Shown here: piece after piece, positions 28,020 to 41,320 of the stretch
How the letters are laid out: each line of letters starts with the position of its first letter
Numbering within the stretch: the first letter of the stretch is position 1
Source of the DNA: Eledone cirrhosa
Lineage: Eukaryota
DNA: 64,000 nt
Assembly (NCBI GenBank): GCA_964016885.1
Contig: OZ024741.1
Location: 285,448,001 to 285,512,000, forward strand
Direction of reading: 5' to 3'
Program-made: the position numbers and the translations under genes
Notes under the pieces: generated by a model
Told to the model about the DNA's origin: nothing
The model's input: only the letters and a program-made list of their open reading frames with translations
The model's database searches: none

Positions 28020-28330
28020 ATATATATATATATATGTATATGTTTCTCTATTGGTATATGTATATGTGTATAGGTATATACCTTTTTCTTTGTATGTCTG
28101 TGTTGTGTGAGAGTGTAGTGGTGTTTGTATGTATATACCGATATATAGATGCGTAAGTATTTGTCTGTATGTATGTATGTATGTCTGTATGTATTTGTGT
28201 GTATATATAGGTATGTATGTGTATATCTGTATGTATATAAGTTTGTAAGTTTATGTATATGTGCGTGTATGTGTGTATATATATGTGTGTCTATATAGTA
28301 TGTGTGATTATATGTGTATGTATGTGTGTA

Positions 28331-28379
<49 letters not shown>

Positions 28380-28525
28380 ATTTATATGTATGTGTGTATA
28401 TGTATGTATGTGTGTATATGTATATGTTTATATATGTGTGTGTATGTATGTTCTAAGTGTGGATGTGTGTATATGTATGTATGTGTTTGTATATGTGTAT
28501 GTATATATATATGTGTATATATGTG

Positions 28526-28572
<47 letters not shown>

Positions 28573-29555
28573 TTTCTTGATATATTTCTTTTTTCTTTTT
28601 TCTTTTTCTTTTTCTTTTCTTTCCTTTTTAATGTTTATTTATTATTTATTATTTTTTATTTTCTTAGTTTATAGATACATCTATATTAAGCAGTCTGCCC
28701 AAACCGTTGAATACTGACCTCTCTCCCCCTCCCACCTAATTTCTGTATCTTGATCTAAATGTGTGTGCCAGTGTTTATGTGAGTGAATTAATATCCATGT
28801 GCTTAGGATTTTATATCCACATATATATATGTGAGTGGGGGTGTGTGTGTGTTTGTATGTTCGTAGTTATGTGTATGTTTATGCATATACGCGCGTGTGT
28901 GTGTGATTGTACGGATATGTGTGAGTATGAGAATATGTGTATACACTTATTTCATATTTATGTGTCTATACGCATCTTATCTGTGCATTATAAACTTACA
29001 GAGACATTAACCTTGAAATTTTGTATTTGCATCCATCCTTTTGGTATGCGTATACAAGTTGTGCATACATTTTTGTAAAATATGTGTAAGGGTAGTTACA
29101 TGTATATACACACACCGAACTGCATTAAACCTTTTGTATTTTCATTGGTCAATTTTGTTCCCAAACGGACCTGAAATTTTGAATTGTTGTTATTATCAAT
29201 AAATATATTTCATTATTTCTGAAGACGGCGTATATATGTGTTGGTATGTATATTTAATCTTGATAGTTTGTATAATTTTGTATAATTTTGTACATAGATC
29301 TGTTGAATATGCATGCCAATTCTAACACATATATATCCTAGAAACGATCGTTAAATAATGAACTTTTTTTGTTTAATATAAGGAACTGTTTCATTGTTTA
29401 TTCATTATTTGTTTAATATTTTATCTTGACTCTGTATACCGTTTATCTTTCACCGAAAGTGATTTTTCATTACATCTCTTCTTTCCATGATATCCGGAAT
29501 ACATTGAGTTCTTCATACGGATTGGACACTACCGTAAACTCTTGGTAGATTTTTC

Positions 29556-29556
<1 letters not shown>
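26516..29556 (+). mobile_element. Fold-back element with ~290-bp inverted arms enclosing a ~2.3-kb degenerate TG/TA tract
   Basis: 26516-26802 is the reverse complement of ~29137-29424. Unpaired tail 29425-29556, (TA)n flanks. Confidence 0.85.
29209..29362 (+). ncRNA. Type I hammerhead motif with a 115-nt stem II, with an inverted copy at 26578-26731(-)
   Basis: ttcattattt-CTGAAGA-[cgg c gtatatatgtgttgg...ctaacacatatatat c cta]-GAA-acgatcgt-T-aaataatgaa. 10-bp stem I and palindromic stem III. Confidence 0.75.
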
Positions 29557-29593
<37 letters not shown>

Positions 29594-29672
29594 TACATAT
29601 ATATATACATATATAAATATATAAATAAATATATATATATATATATTTATTTATATATTTATATTATATATG

Positions 29673-29719
<47 letters not shown>

Positions 29720-29814
29720 TGAGAAAAGATTGTTTTGGTAAAAACAGGAGTAAGCTCTCAATAATCGTACTTTTTAGTTACGATGGAGAATTTTATAAAT
29801 ATATATATATCAAA

Positions 29815-29995
29815 TAATTGTTTCTACTTTTGGCACAAGGCCAGAATTAGCCAGTACATTACTGGTACTTTATTTTATCGACCCCGTAAGTATGAAAGGC
29901 AAAGTTAACATCTGCGGGATTTGAACTCAGACTATACAGGGACGTAACTATGCTAGAAAGCATGGCGTCCAACCCTCTACCGATACTGCCAATTC
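29815..29995 (-). mobile_element. tRNA-derived SINE
   Basis: Same core as the 33880-34692 units. Confidence 0.8.
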
Positions 29996-30294
29996 AAATA
30001 ATGGTTTTTAAGACCGGATTAAATCATTATAATTGTTTATTGTATTATATACATTTCTGTTACATGGTTATTCATGAGATTTCGTCAGATGCTTAAGCAA
30101 TCATTGGTACAGTTATGAAATCATTGTGATAAACCGGTGGCCATGCATGTCCATCCAGTAGTCAAGTGGTTCTCCAGTGGATCGCCATATGCCGAACCTC
30201 TTCACCACTGATTAACTTAGAGGGGTTAGACAATTTATTTACATAATATAGATACATTCCAGCTTTATGATAGGGACGGTACAAGCCATTATCC

Positions 30295-30592
30295 ATTTCC
30301 AAGGTCATATCTAAGTGTGGAAATGCCTCAACAGATTAAGATCTGGTGTTGGTCGAGCAAAAGCCAATCTGGCAAAATGGGGATATTTAAAGGATGGGGA
30401 CGTCGTGTGTGACTGCGACATCGAACTACAGACTACGGAACACCTGCTATGCCCCCTGCTGGAACACCCCTGCACAGCATCGGACTTGGCAGGGTTTAAT
30501 GAGAAAGGACAGCACTGTGTTCAGCTGTGGCAGAACCACATCTAGCCAAGCTTTGTAGCCGACACTCTTGTGGAGCCGATAAGAAGAAGAAT
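30295..30592 (+). mobile_element. RTE-like LINE 3' end
   Basis: WKCLNRLRSGVGR..NLAKWG...CDC...QTTEHLLCP..* followed by a short UTR and an (AAG)n tail. Confidence 0.75.
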
Positions 30593-30980
30593 ATAAAGAG
30601 TTAAATACATTATGATTGGACTCAGTGGTTATGCTAAGACAACAGCATTAAAAAAAAAACTATGCAAATGTTTATTTAGGTTATGAATTCTACGTTGGTA
30701 ATAATAAATAAAACATTGTCTCTGAATAAACCTCTCTGTAAGGTACGAATTTCCTCGGTAATAGGTCAATACCAAGAAGATCACTGACCCATTGAATATA
30801 TAATTAGTACGCCTAGCAACAATGATGATATCAATCAATCTATTAGGTGCTCATATTTAAATGGATTTTCCAGGGGCCTGCACCTGTCTAGGGCTCGACA
30901 TGACAGCGTATTTTGTATTATATGCTTATATGTAGATGCATATATATATGTGTAGATGCATATATACATATATGTAAGCT

Positions 30981-31027
<47 letters not shown>

Positions 31028-31915
31028 ATACATATATAAATATTTGGGGAGGGTCATATTATGATAATATTGGCAGAAAAATGTAAATATATATATATAT
31101 ATAGATAGAGAGAGAGCGAGAGAGCTAGATATGTATATATCTATGTATGTGTATGTATATATATATATGATATGTATACATTTAAGTATATGAATATACA
31201 AATAAATATTAATGTACCTAACTCTGTATTTCTGATTCTCTCTCTCTCCCTCCTACTCTTTATCCCTCCCCCTCTCTCTCAATACACACACATATACACG
31301 TACATAGCAAAATATATACATTCAAGAACATAAAAATAAAGCTCATTATTTAATAGTACTTCCATACACACGCACAAAAACAACATTTGTCTCTATGTGA
31401 ACACATGTACTTAAGTAATCATTCTGGTGCAATTAAGACTATAATTGTACTTGATGCCACTTAACGTATTTTCTAGTCTCAGCTGGAGGTATTTATGTCA
31501 CTAATGTTTTACGAAATATAGGAGAATCCCTTTTGCACAGTTTAGAAAATATATAGAACAAAGACTACAGATGAAACAATGAAACGCACAAACGTATGAA
31601 TTCGTTATCTACGTACACACATATAAATATGAGAACATTAATACATAGGAACTTGCGCACATATCTATATCGTTAAGTATATATATAAATATACAGAGAG
31701 AGAGGGGGAGGGAGAGAGAGAAAGAGAGAGAGGAAGGGAGAGAGGGAGGAAGTAAGAAAGAGATATGGAAGAAGAACAGACCTCAGTACAGAATTATATA
31801 TTTAAGAAACATCATTCAAAGTAACTTTGGGAGAATACCCAGAAGAGAGAGATAGAGATAGATAGAAAGAGAGAGTGTGTGTGTGTGAGAGAGAATGAGA
31901 CAGAGAAAAAGAGAG

Positions 31916-32087
<172 letters not shown>

Positions 32088-32289
32088 ATGCGTCTGTGTT
32101 TGTATTTATATATGCGCAAAAATTATATATTTATCTAGACGATATTTTCTGTCATACACACTTATATCTCAAACAATAATAACAATAAGGATTTCTCTAT
32201 TACTGGCCACAAGGGACAAACGAAGGGGACAATAAAAAGACTGAGACTGTGGGGGCTTACAATGAAATCGAGGAAAAATCGAAGATAAC

Positions 32290-32790
32290 AAAAACAATTA
32301 ACAATAAATATATAGCAAAATAAATTCCCCGATAGGATGGATAACCACCCTAGGGCGAGTCATATACCCCAACAATCCTGAACCACCCGTGCTTCGAGAG
32401 CACTCGGGAAGGGCACCCACCTCCCCCTCAAAATAAACCAACCTACAGCGCATGCTCAGAATAAGCCCATTCACAAGGATCATTCTTACAAGTTTCACCC
32501 ACCTCTTAGCAAATGTACTGGGAGACAGACAGTACTTCTCTATCCACTCTCGTCATCTTTTCCAAGTGAAACTTGGAAAAGGTTGATGAGGGATTGGCCG
32601 AAGAGAAAAGTGTCTGTCTTCAGTCCTTTCAGCCTGGTCCACCACACAACCTCTTTCGCTACGGCTACCAGACAGCTTTCCCAAGTAATGTTTCGAGCGG
32701 GATTCCCCTGCAACAGCTCCAGCTTCTGCAGTAAAAACTCACGAGTCAATACGTACAGAAGGGAGGAGAGATGACACCATTGCAGGAACG
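32290..32790 (-). mobile_element. Internally deleted Tx1-like LINE fragment
   Basis: Minus frame CHLSSLLYVLTREFLLQKLELLQG (RT motif B', compare 57055-57125) is fused to CLVAVAKEVVWWTRLKGLKTDTFL (C-terminus). Confidence 0.75.
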
Positions 32791-32794
32791 ATTG

Positions 32795-33190
32795 GGAGAT
32801 TAAGGAGATCAGGGAGAGCAAGGAGAGAAAGGAGAGTAAGGAGTGAAAAGAGAGCAAGTAAACCAAGGAGAGCAAGAATATGGAGAGCAAGGAAAGCAAG
32901 GAGAGTAAGAAGAACAAGGAAAGTAAAGAGAGCAAGGAGAATAAGGAGAGCAAGGAGAGTAAGGGGAGCAGGGAGTCTAAGGAGAGAAGGGAGTGTCAGG
33001 TGAGCAATGCGAGCAAGGAGAGTAAGGGGAGCAAGAACATGGAGAGTAAGAAGAGCAAGGAGAATAAGGAGAGCAAGGAGAGTGAGGGGAGAAAACGCAA
33101 CAAGGATCAAGGAATGTAAGGAGAGTAAGGACAGCAATAAGAGTAAGGAGTGTAGGGAGGGGACGAAGAGCAGGAAAGAGAGCAAAAGTC
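32795..33190. repeat. Degenerate 9-bp tandem repeat (aggagagya)n
   Basis: About 40 units, grading into a purine-rich tract that runs to ~33395. Confidence 0.85.
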
Positions 33191-33879
33191 GGGGAGAAGC
33201 GGTGAAAAGAGAAAGAGCTGGAAAGAGGTGTAAGATGGGGAAAATGAGGTAGAAAGAGAAGGTCAAAGGGATGAGACTGAGGTGAAGTGGAGATGAGGGG
33301 CAGAAAGAGGATAACAGAAGGGGAAGATGGGGAAGATGAGTAAAGAGAACTAAAAGAGGAGGAAAGAAGGAAAACTGGGGAAAGATGGGGAAAAGTAACC
33401 ATCTGATGGGGTGACGGGCGTCGTGGCATTTTAAAACTGGTGGAGCCCATCACACTCCAGGTCTGAACACAAATGATATCTTTGAAAGCTAGGGAAATTG
33501 AGCAAATGTGGCATCTTAAGGCCTATACATTACCTTTGATAGTCTATACACTTGGAAAGATAAAAAATGGAACTGAAAAATATTTAGACCTGTTAAGCTA
33601 TCTCTGCAGGAGATGCAGAAAATTGTGCTGGATGGCACAGTCAATGGCACGAGAAAAGCATTATTAATTTAAAAGTACCAGTAATTTACTGGATATTTGC
33701 TGGCCTTGTGCCAAAAGTAGAAACAATTATTAATTTAAAAGCCTTGCGAAGACATTTACTGTTGTTTGTGCCTTTGTGGTACCATTCGTATGGCAATTGA
33801 TTGTAAAATCTATATTATCAAATTTTGCCCCAGGTATGATCTAGGAAAGAAACAGAAATTAAAGGAACTTTCAAATAGT

Positions 33880-34692
33880 AATTATAATTGGCACAAAGCC
33901 AACCATTTTTTTGGGGAGGAGCAAGTCGATTAAATCGATCCCAGTGCATTACTGTTACTTTATTTTATCGACCTAGTAAGGATGAAAGGCAAAGCTAATT
34001 TCGGCAGAATTTGAACTCAGAACGTAAAGAGACGAAACTTTATGCTGCGTAGCATAGTGTTAGACTCTCTACCGATACAGACAACTCACTACCCAATAAT
34101 AATTGTTTCTACTTTTGGCACAAGGCCAGCAATTATCCCAGTGTATTACTGGTACTTTATTTTATTGACCACGTAAGAATGAAAGGCAAAGTTAACCTCG
34201 GCGCGGTTTGAACCCCGCCGAGGTTACACAGGCCGTAAAAGGCCGTAACTCTATGCTGCAAAGCATGGCGTCCGACGCTCTACCGATACTGCCAATCCAC
34301 CACCTAATAGTAATAATAATTGTTTCTACTTTTTGGCACAAGGTCATAAATTACCCAGTACATTACTGGTACTTTATTTTATCGACCCCGTAAGGATGAA
34401 AGGCAAAGTTAAACTCGGCGGGATTTGAACTCAGACCATAAAGGGCCGCAACTCTTGGCTGCAAAGCATGGCGTCTGACCCTCTACCGATACTGCCAATC
34501 CACCAATAATAATAATTGTTTCTACTTTTGGCACAAGGCCAGCAAATACCTAGTATATTACTGGTACTTTATTTTATCGACCCCGTAAGGATGAAAGGCA
34601 AAGTTGACCTCGGCGGGATTTAAACTCGAAATGGAAAGGGCCTTAACTCTATGAGTCAAAGCATGACGTCCGACCCTCTGCCAATCCACCAG
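33880..34692 (-). mobile_element. Head-to-tail array of four tRNA-derived SINE copies (~190-215 bp each)
   Basis: Units start at about 33880, 34096, 34311 and 34506, separated by (AAT)n. Confidence 0.88.
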
Positions 34693-35111
34693 AGAAAAGC
34701 ATCTCCAACACCAAGCAATAAGTTCGTGTGTGTCAGAGAAATCTTATTACATTTTTGAAAGAACTATAATTACATACGAAGATATAAAATATGGGTCAGA
34801 AGTTCCTAGAAATCGTCCAGGAATAAGGATTAAAAAATAATTGTAACCATCAGCAAATATAGTTGGTTAGAAGTTTAAGTGTATGCTTTTGTTGGTGTAA
34901 GTGTTTATTGTTATATATGTGTCTGTATTGGTGGAAACAAATAATAAACATAGCTACGAAACAATGGGATCGGTGATGACATTCGTATATATATATATAC
35001 AAGTCATACACACACATATATATGTACGTATCGTATATGTGTGTATGCGTGTTAACATATCTATATACATATATATTTATATATATGCATACATTCATAT
35101 ATATGTTTATA

Positions 35112-35189
<78 letters not shown>

Positions 35190-35261
35190 CATACATATAC
35201 ATAAGTATGTGTGTGTGTGCATGTGTATGCGAGAGTGGTACCCTATATATATAATCATAAC

Positions 35262-35308
<47 letters not shown>

Positions 35309-37431
35309 ATATATATATATATGTATATCTGTGTGCATATCTATTTTCACTGTGCATACATGCTCGTGTGTGCATATATTTATTACTGCGTTTGTTTATG
35401 TGTCAATTCACAAGCATTCATATGTACGTACACACACACACGCGCGCGCGCACACATACGCACACATATGCACACATACATACACACACATACACACATA
35501 TGCATATGTATAACTACCAAATGAACATATAACTGATGGGAATACATTCTTATTTAAAAAAGTGCAGCTATATATTACAGTCTTACATTGACACATTAAT
35601 TACTTACAGAATCTGATTGCGAAAGTGAAAAACGTAGCATATTATTGGTTCACCGCCATAAATTACAAAAACCGATAGGCAACTATGAGAAATAATAACT
35701 CTACACGCTAGAATAGAGTTTTCAGCATTATTCCAGTATAATACACTGCCCCTGCTTCGTTATTGTTGGTCAATGTATATCTTTCTATTTGATATATTTA
35801 ATATCATTTCATGATTATTTCTATAATTTTCTCCCTAGCATAACCTAATGAATATGTATAGCCCTTACACGGGGTTACTTCGCTCCAGGTTATACCACGT
35901 AAATCCATCTATGCTCAATTTGTACACTAATAACCTCGTGTGATATAATTTTCCATCTTGTACTAACATTCATCCACCAACCCATACATACATTAATACA
36001 CACTTACATATAAAGATACGTTCAAGCATATACACGGACATATATACACAAACATACATACATGCATATATGCTTTAATACACATAAATATGCATGCAAG
36101 CATACTTACAGAAGCATACATATATACATACACATACATACATAAATACATTCATGCATACATACATAGATACATACATTCATACATAAATACATACATA
36201 CATAAATACATACATACATATATGAACCAAATAATGACTGACCCTAGATTCCCGAAGGAAAAACGCAGCTACTTAATTTATAATATTCATCTGGTGATGG
36301 TAAATGGAAAATTCAAAATCTTTTAAACCTTCTACGATTAAAAAGGACTAATTGCGTAAGGGACTATGGGGTCACCTGTTTCGTCGCGTGTCCGAAGGCA
36401 TACAAACATCACCATCACTACCAGTATGAATATGGTCACCATTACCACTACCAATCACCATAGCTATCACGAACTCCACCATCACCGTCACCGTCACAAT
36501 CTACATTACCACCATTTTATTTGTTACTGCTGCTACCACCGTAAGCACCGAAACCACCATTATTCTATTTAGTAATAATGCACATAGTACTATTAACATC
36601 AGCACCGGAAGTGTCAGCGTTTTGATTAGGTCCTACTGTGGTACTGTGGTTGCCTACGCATGGCGGGTTGCTGTAGAGTCCAGCGCGACATTCGTCATTA
36701 TTACGAATTCTATGCCCGTCATGATATCCGGCCATATGGACTTGCCCGCGATTATGACTTGTTTGGGCTGGCGTGGCGTTGCGGTCGACAGAAAGGCGAT
36801 ATGTGCTCTTCCGTGTGCTATCTGTCAGATCATGGTTAGTGTTGGGGTTACGGTCAACTAAGGTGTATGATGCAGCGCTACCTCTCCTGCCTGTCTAATC
36901 GTGGCTCTATTTTGGACGTAACTTACCAGACACTCAAGTGGTCACCGCAACCGTTATGAGCATTTGTTGGTGTACAGCCATATCTACGTTTAGTTTAGGA
37001 TCCATCCTTTAGGGTTTCGGTCAGGCTGTGGTCTAAACGTATCCACCGCGCGCAGTTCCATCACCATCTCCCATATATGTATGTCTGCAGTACCGGACTG
37101 GCCAGGTTGTCAGCTTTCCAAATTTCAAATGGGCCCCAAGGGGGCCGCGGTAGCATGCAGGGCCCACAGAAGCATTGCATGGGCCCACTGTAGTATTTTA
37201 AGGGCTAATGCTTTGCTTTCAAAAAATACCTGAAGTCTGAGAGAAAGAATGAAATCTTTTAAAAAATAAATAAAACAATTAAGCAAAGCATTTGGTCAAC
37301 CAATTCCCCAGGGAATTAATAGAAACCAAAATATACGATAGTGCAAATAGCTGGAATCAGTGGTTATTATTACTATTAAATCTTGCTTTATTCATTCATG
37401 CAAATATACATATATCGACACACACACACAA

Positions 37432-37467
<36 letters not shown>

Positions 37468-37471
<4 letters not shown>

Positions 37472-38314
37472 GAAAGGGATATGTTTTCAACTTTTTATGA
37501 CTCCTTGATAAATCTACATTATTTAAAGATAATCAAATGTAGAGTAAACGCTGTGGCGATGCTTATGGTTATTAATTACAAGAGTAATGAAAGGTTTTCA
37601 ACTTACTATAACATATGAAACTCTACCGCATATATATTTATTAAATAGAATTGGCCCTTTAAATGTTTCCCTTTTGGCTATATACATACAATGTGGACTG
37701 GGTCTAAAAATATAGGTTGCCAGGAGATAAAGGGGGCCCACCTACATATAGAATACGATCATTTAATTTTTATAATGAATAGATAACATTTTCAAAAAAT
37801 ACATACTCAATACTTAGGGTAGTAGAGTGGGAAATAGGAAAAAGTATGACCCCGACGGCAGAGCTCAAGTCGTTTCGATGGCTATTTCTGGACTACTTTT
37901 TCCTATTTCCCACTCTACTACCCTAAGTATTGAGTACTCTGGTACAAAAATTTGATTGCACTGTTTTGTTTCCACTTATGTATTTTTTGAAAATGTTATC
38001 TATTCATTATAAAAATTAAATGATCGTATTCTATATGTAGGTGGGCCCCCTTTATCTCCTGGCAACCTATATTTTTCGACCCAGTCCACATTGTATGTAT
38101 ATAGCCAAAAGGGAAACATTTAAAGGGCCAATTCTGTTTAATAAATGTATATGCGGTAGAGTTTCATATGTTATAGTAAGTTGAAAACCTTTCATTACTC
38201 TTGCAATTAATAACCATAAGCATCGCCACAGCGTTTACTCTACATTTGATTATCTTTAAATAATGTAGATTTATCAAGGAGTCCTAAAGAGTTGAAAACA
38301 TGTCCCTTTCTTTC
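37468..38314. mobile_element. ~850-bp nested palindromic element
   Basis: Outer arms ~37468-37804 and ~37977-38314. Inner arms 37804-37846 and 37894-37936. Starts at (TA)n. Confidence 0.88.
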
Positions 38315-38714
38315 ACAGGCCTTAAGACTAAAATCCACTCTTAATTCCATCGTCTTAATCGCCTCCATTTGCTGATATTTTTGGAACTAACCTCCTAGCT
38401 ATTGTTTTCAGATATTGAATACTCACAGAGGGATTTTTTTGTCTATTAATTGCTTGAACAATCTCAGTTAATCTATCTTTTTTTTCAATACACTATATTG
38501 CTCGACCCTTTCGCACGAGTTCACATGCAGGAAAGAGTTTACTTTCATGAAGGAACGGCTCATTAATTTCTTATTGATTCATAATTGAATATAGTTCGAT
38601 ATTAACTCTGACACCTTGCAGACATTTACCTTCTGAAGTGATAAAAGCTCTCCATTTAGATTCTGACTGAAGCCAATTAATATCCTGTTGAGTTCTTTTC
38701 ATAGATTCAAGCTG

Positions 38715-38990
38715 ATGAGTTGACAGAGTCGTTAGAACGTATTATAGAATACCTTACGACATTTGGTTCAGCTCTCTGCGCCCTGTGTTCAAATCCCGCC
38801 GAAGTCAACTTTTTCCTTTCACCATTTTGAGGTTGATAAAAAAAAGCACCAATTCTATACATAGGTCGATTCTTGCTCTATATCTCTTTCTCATTTCGTT
38901 TCTATCACTCTCTCTTCAGTTTTTTAAAAGAAATCGGCTGTGTTCGGACATGAAGAGGAGATGGGCTCTGTCAGGTTAAAGATGCACTCG
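38715..38990 (+). mobile_element. tRNA-derived SINE, long-tail subfamily
   Basis: gttcaaatcccgccgaagtcaacttt...aagaaatcggctgtgttc. Confidence 0.6.
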
Positions 38991-40319
38991 AAATGTGTGT
39001 GTGTGTGTGTGTCTGTAACTGGCTATGGCAAGTTTCTATATAGGTTCCGCAAAAATAAATATCACTCATTGGGTATTGTTCAACTCGTGGCAATGGTGGG
39101 AGTCATCTCCGCAAACAGTACCATATTGAAATCTAATTAGATAGATTTGTATGCTAATTTTAGCAAATCTAACGGCCGTGTTGAGAATTCCCCATTAACC
39201 TACTCTACAGAATATTACCTACAATAATACTCAACACATAGTCACTGGAGAAATAAATGTAGAACTCTACAGTTATCTACCATAAAATATTATTTAACGC
39301 GAATACTTAAACAATTAAATAAGTTAGCAAATTGTTAGAGTCGTTAGGGGTATCTGTTCCAGCTCTGAGCCTTCTGAATTCAAATTTCGCCTCCTGCTAG
39401 TCACAACTCCTGGCAGACAGTGTGAATAATAGAAAGACCAATGGGAGTATTGTTTACTTTGTCTGGTATGATGATTGGTCCTTTCTTTTTAGAATAAGTA
39501 TACATATTCAGAACCAATAGATTTGAGAGTACTTCAAAATACTAAATTCTAATACTCACAAATAATTAAAATGAAACAACTATAAAATAGAGCATGCCAG
39601 CATATCTTTATACCATTGAGATTTGAAAAGGCTACATTTCTATTTGAAGCCAGGGAAAGAATCATCTGTATTTGAAGACATTCAGCGCAACTATTTAACC
39701 ACTGCTCTAGTATTATCAGCTCCAAAATGCACAGAATCACAAGTTATGTGTAGGCGTGAGTGTAGAAGGCTGTATCTCTATCGTAGAGGTGTTTGTGTGT
39801 TTCGTGCTGTGTATGTGCACATGTATGTATATGTGCATGTGTGCCTGAATGGACACTTCTGTCTATCCTAAATGTGTTTGTGTATCTGTCTGTCAGGTTG
39901 TGTGAGTTTACAACGTTTGTGTTGATGCATGATGGATATAGTTAGTTGCTTATAATTGTATCTGAGTTTGTACGGTGCGTGTGTGTGTACTATCGTGCAG
40001 TACTTTTATCCAATTAGCAGCTTAACAGAAAATTTAATTTGGTCTTCGCAATCCTAATTGAAATATTTAGATGAAGAGAGAACCTCAGTACTTATAGTCA
40101 CATCAAATCCTCCCATCAACTAAGATAATCAGCTAATTTTGATGCTAATTCCTCTATTGCTCTATAAATATGGTCCTTTGATGGCCTCGTCAGCTTTTGT
40201 ATAACACATCATACAGTCACACTATCGATATGAAACAGTAATATATGATTTACAACTTGAAGCGATACGAAGAAACTTTCAAAATTAAATTAATCTTCAA
40301 CATAACAAGTATTGTGAAG

Positions 40320-40640
40320 TGGTGAGTTAGCAGAGTAGTTAGAATCTCAGATATGAAACTTTGCGGTGTTCGTTTTGGCACTCTGTGCTCTGAGTTTAAA
40401 ACGCGCCGAGGTCAATTTTGGCTTTCATCATTTCGCGAGTGATAAAATAAACTGCTTGTCTAGTACTGGGGTTTGATTCTCCTCCCACCTCTCTATCTCT
40501 CTCTCTCACCTCTGGAAGAAATCGGCTGTGTTCAGAACTGGAGAGGCGATGGGCTTCGCCAGGTTTAAAATGCTCAGGACACATCATATATTGCTACGGC
40601 GCCCTACAACTCCACAAAGAGTTACGAGTCCATATATACA
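40320..40640 (+). mobile_element. tRNA-derived SINE, long-tail subfamily
   Basis: Head plus (TC)n plus gaaatcggctgtgttcaga...gccctacaactcc..gagttacg. Confidence 0.65.
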
Positions 40641-41320
40641 TACACCTAGTATTGTAGAACAAGGGCAGTATGTATGTTGAACTGAACCCACGATTCAGTT
40701 TTTAATCTTATCAGAAGTTTTCATTTGTGTCGTGGAAAAATACTTTGATCAAATGTGTTGAGTTGGTGATTAAGCCGTTTTTCTGAATACAGCAGATTCT
40801 TTCTTTCCAGGCCTGAATAAAGCAGATTTTTTCCAGAGAAAGATAGAAATTGAGGGAGAGGAAATGAGAAAGAGATATAGAAGAAGAATCGACCCCAGTT
40901 CTAGACTGGTCATTTTTTTATCGACCTCCAAAGATAATGCATATAAGAGCGGGATGATATTTCATTCACAATGCTTACAGCATTTAGGAAAATGTTTTTT
41001 TGAATCAGTAATTTCTTTTTCAGTCATGGAAGTAAAGGATTTAATAGCCTAACAATTGAAAACTAGTGTCAACAGCAATGCACGCATACTGAGAGTTTAT
41101 GTTTCAAAGTTTGATGAAGAAAGGAGATAGTTCAATAGTTAAACTTAGAAGGATGAAATATGATGGGGATTTATTAAAAGTTGATAAATAACCGAAAATA
41201 TTATGAGGTAAATTGCATTCAAGCAAGGCAAACTATTTACAACTAATTAGAGTAAGATAAATATCATTATTAAGGGTTCTAAATCTATATATATATACAT
41301 ATACATATATATATATATAT

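Noticed and set aside
33880-34692. CRISPR-like repeat array
   Set aside because: Eukaryotic context. The units are whole SINE copies without unique spacers.
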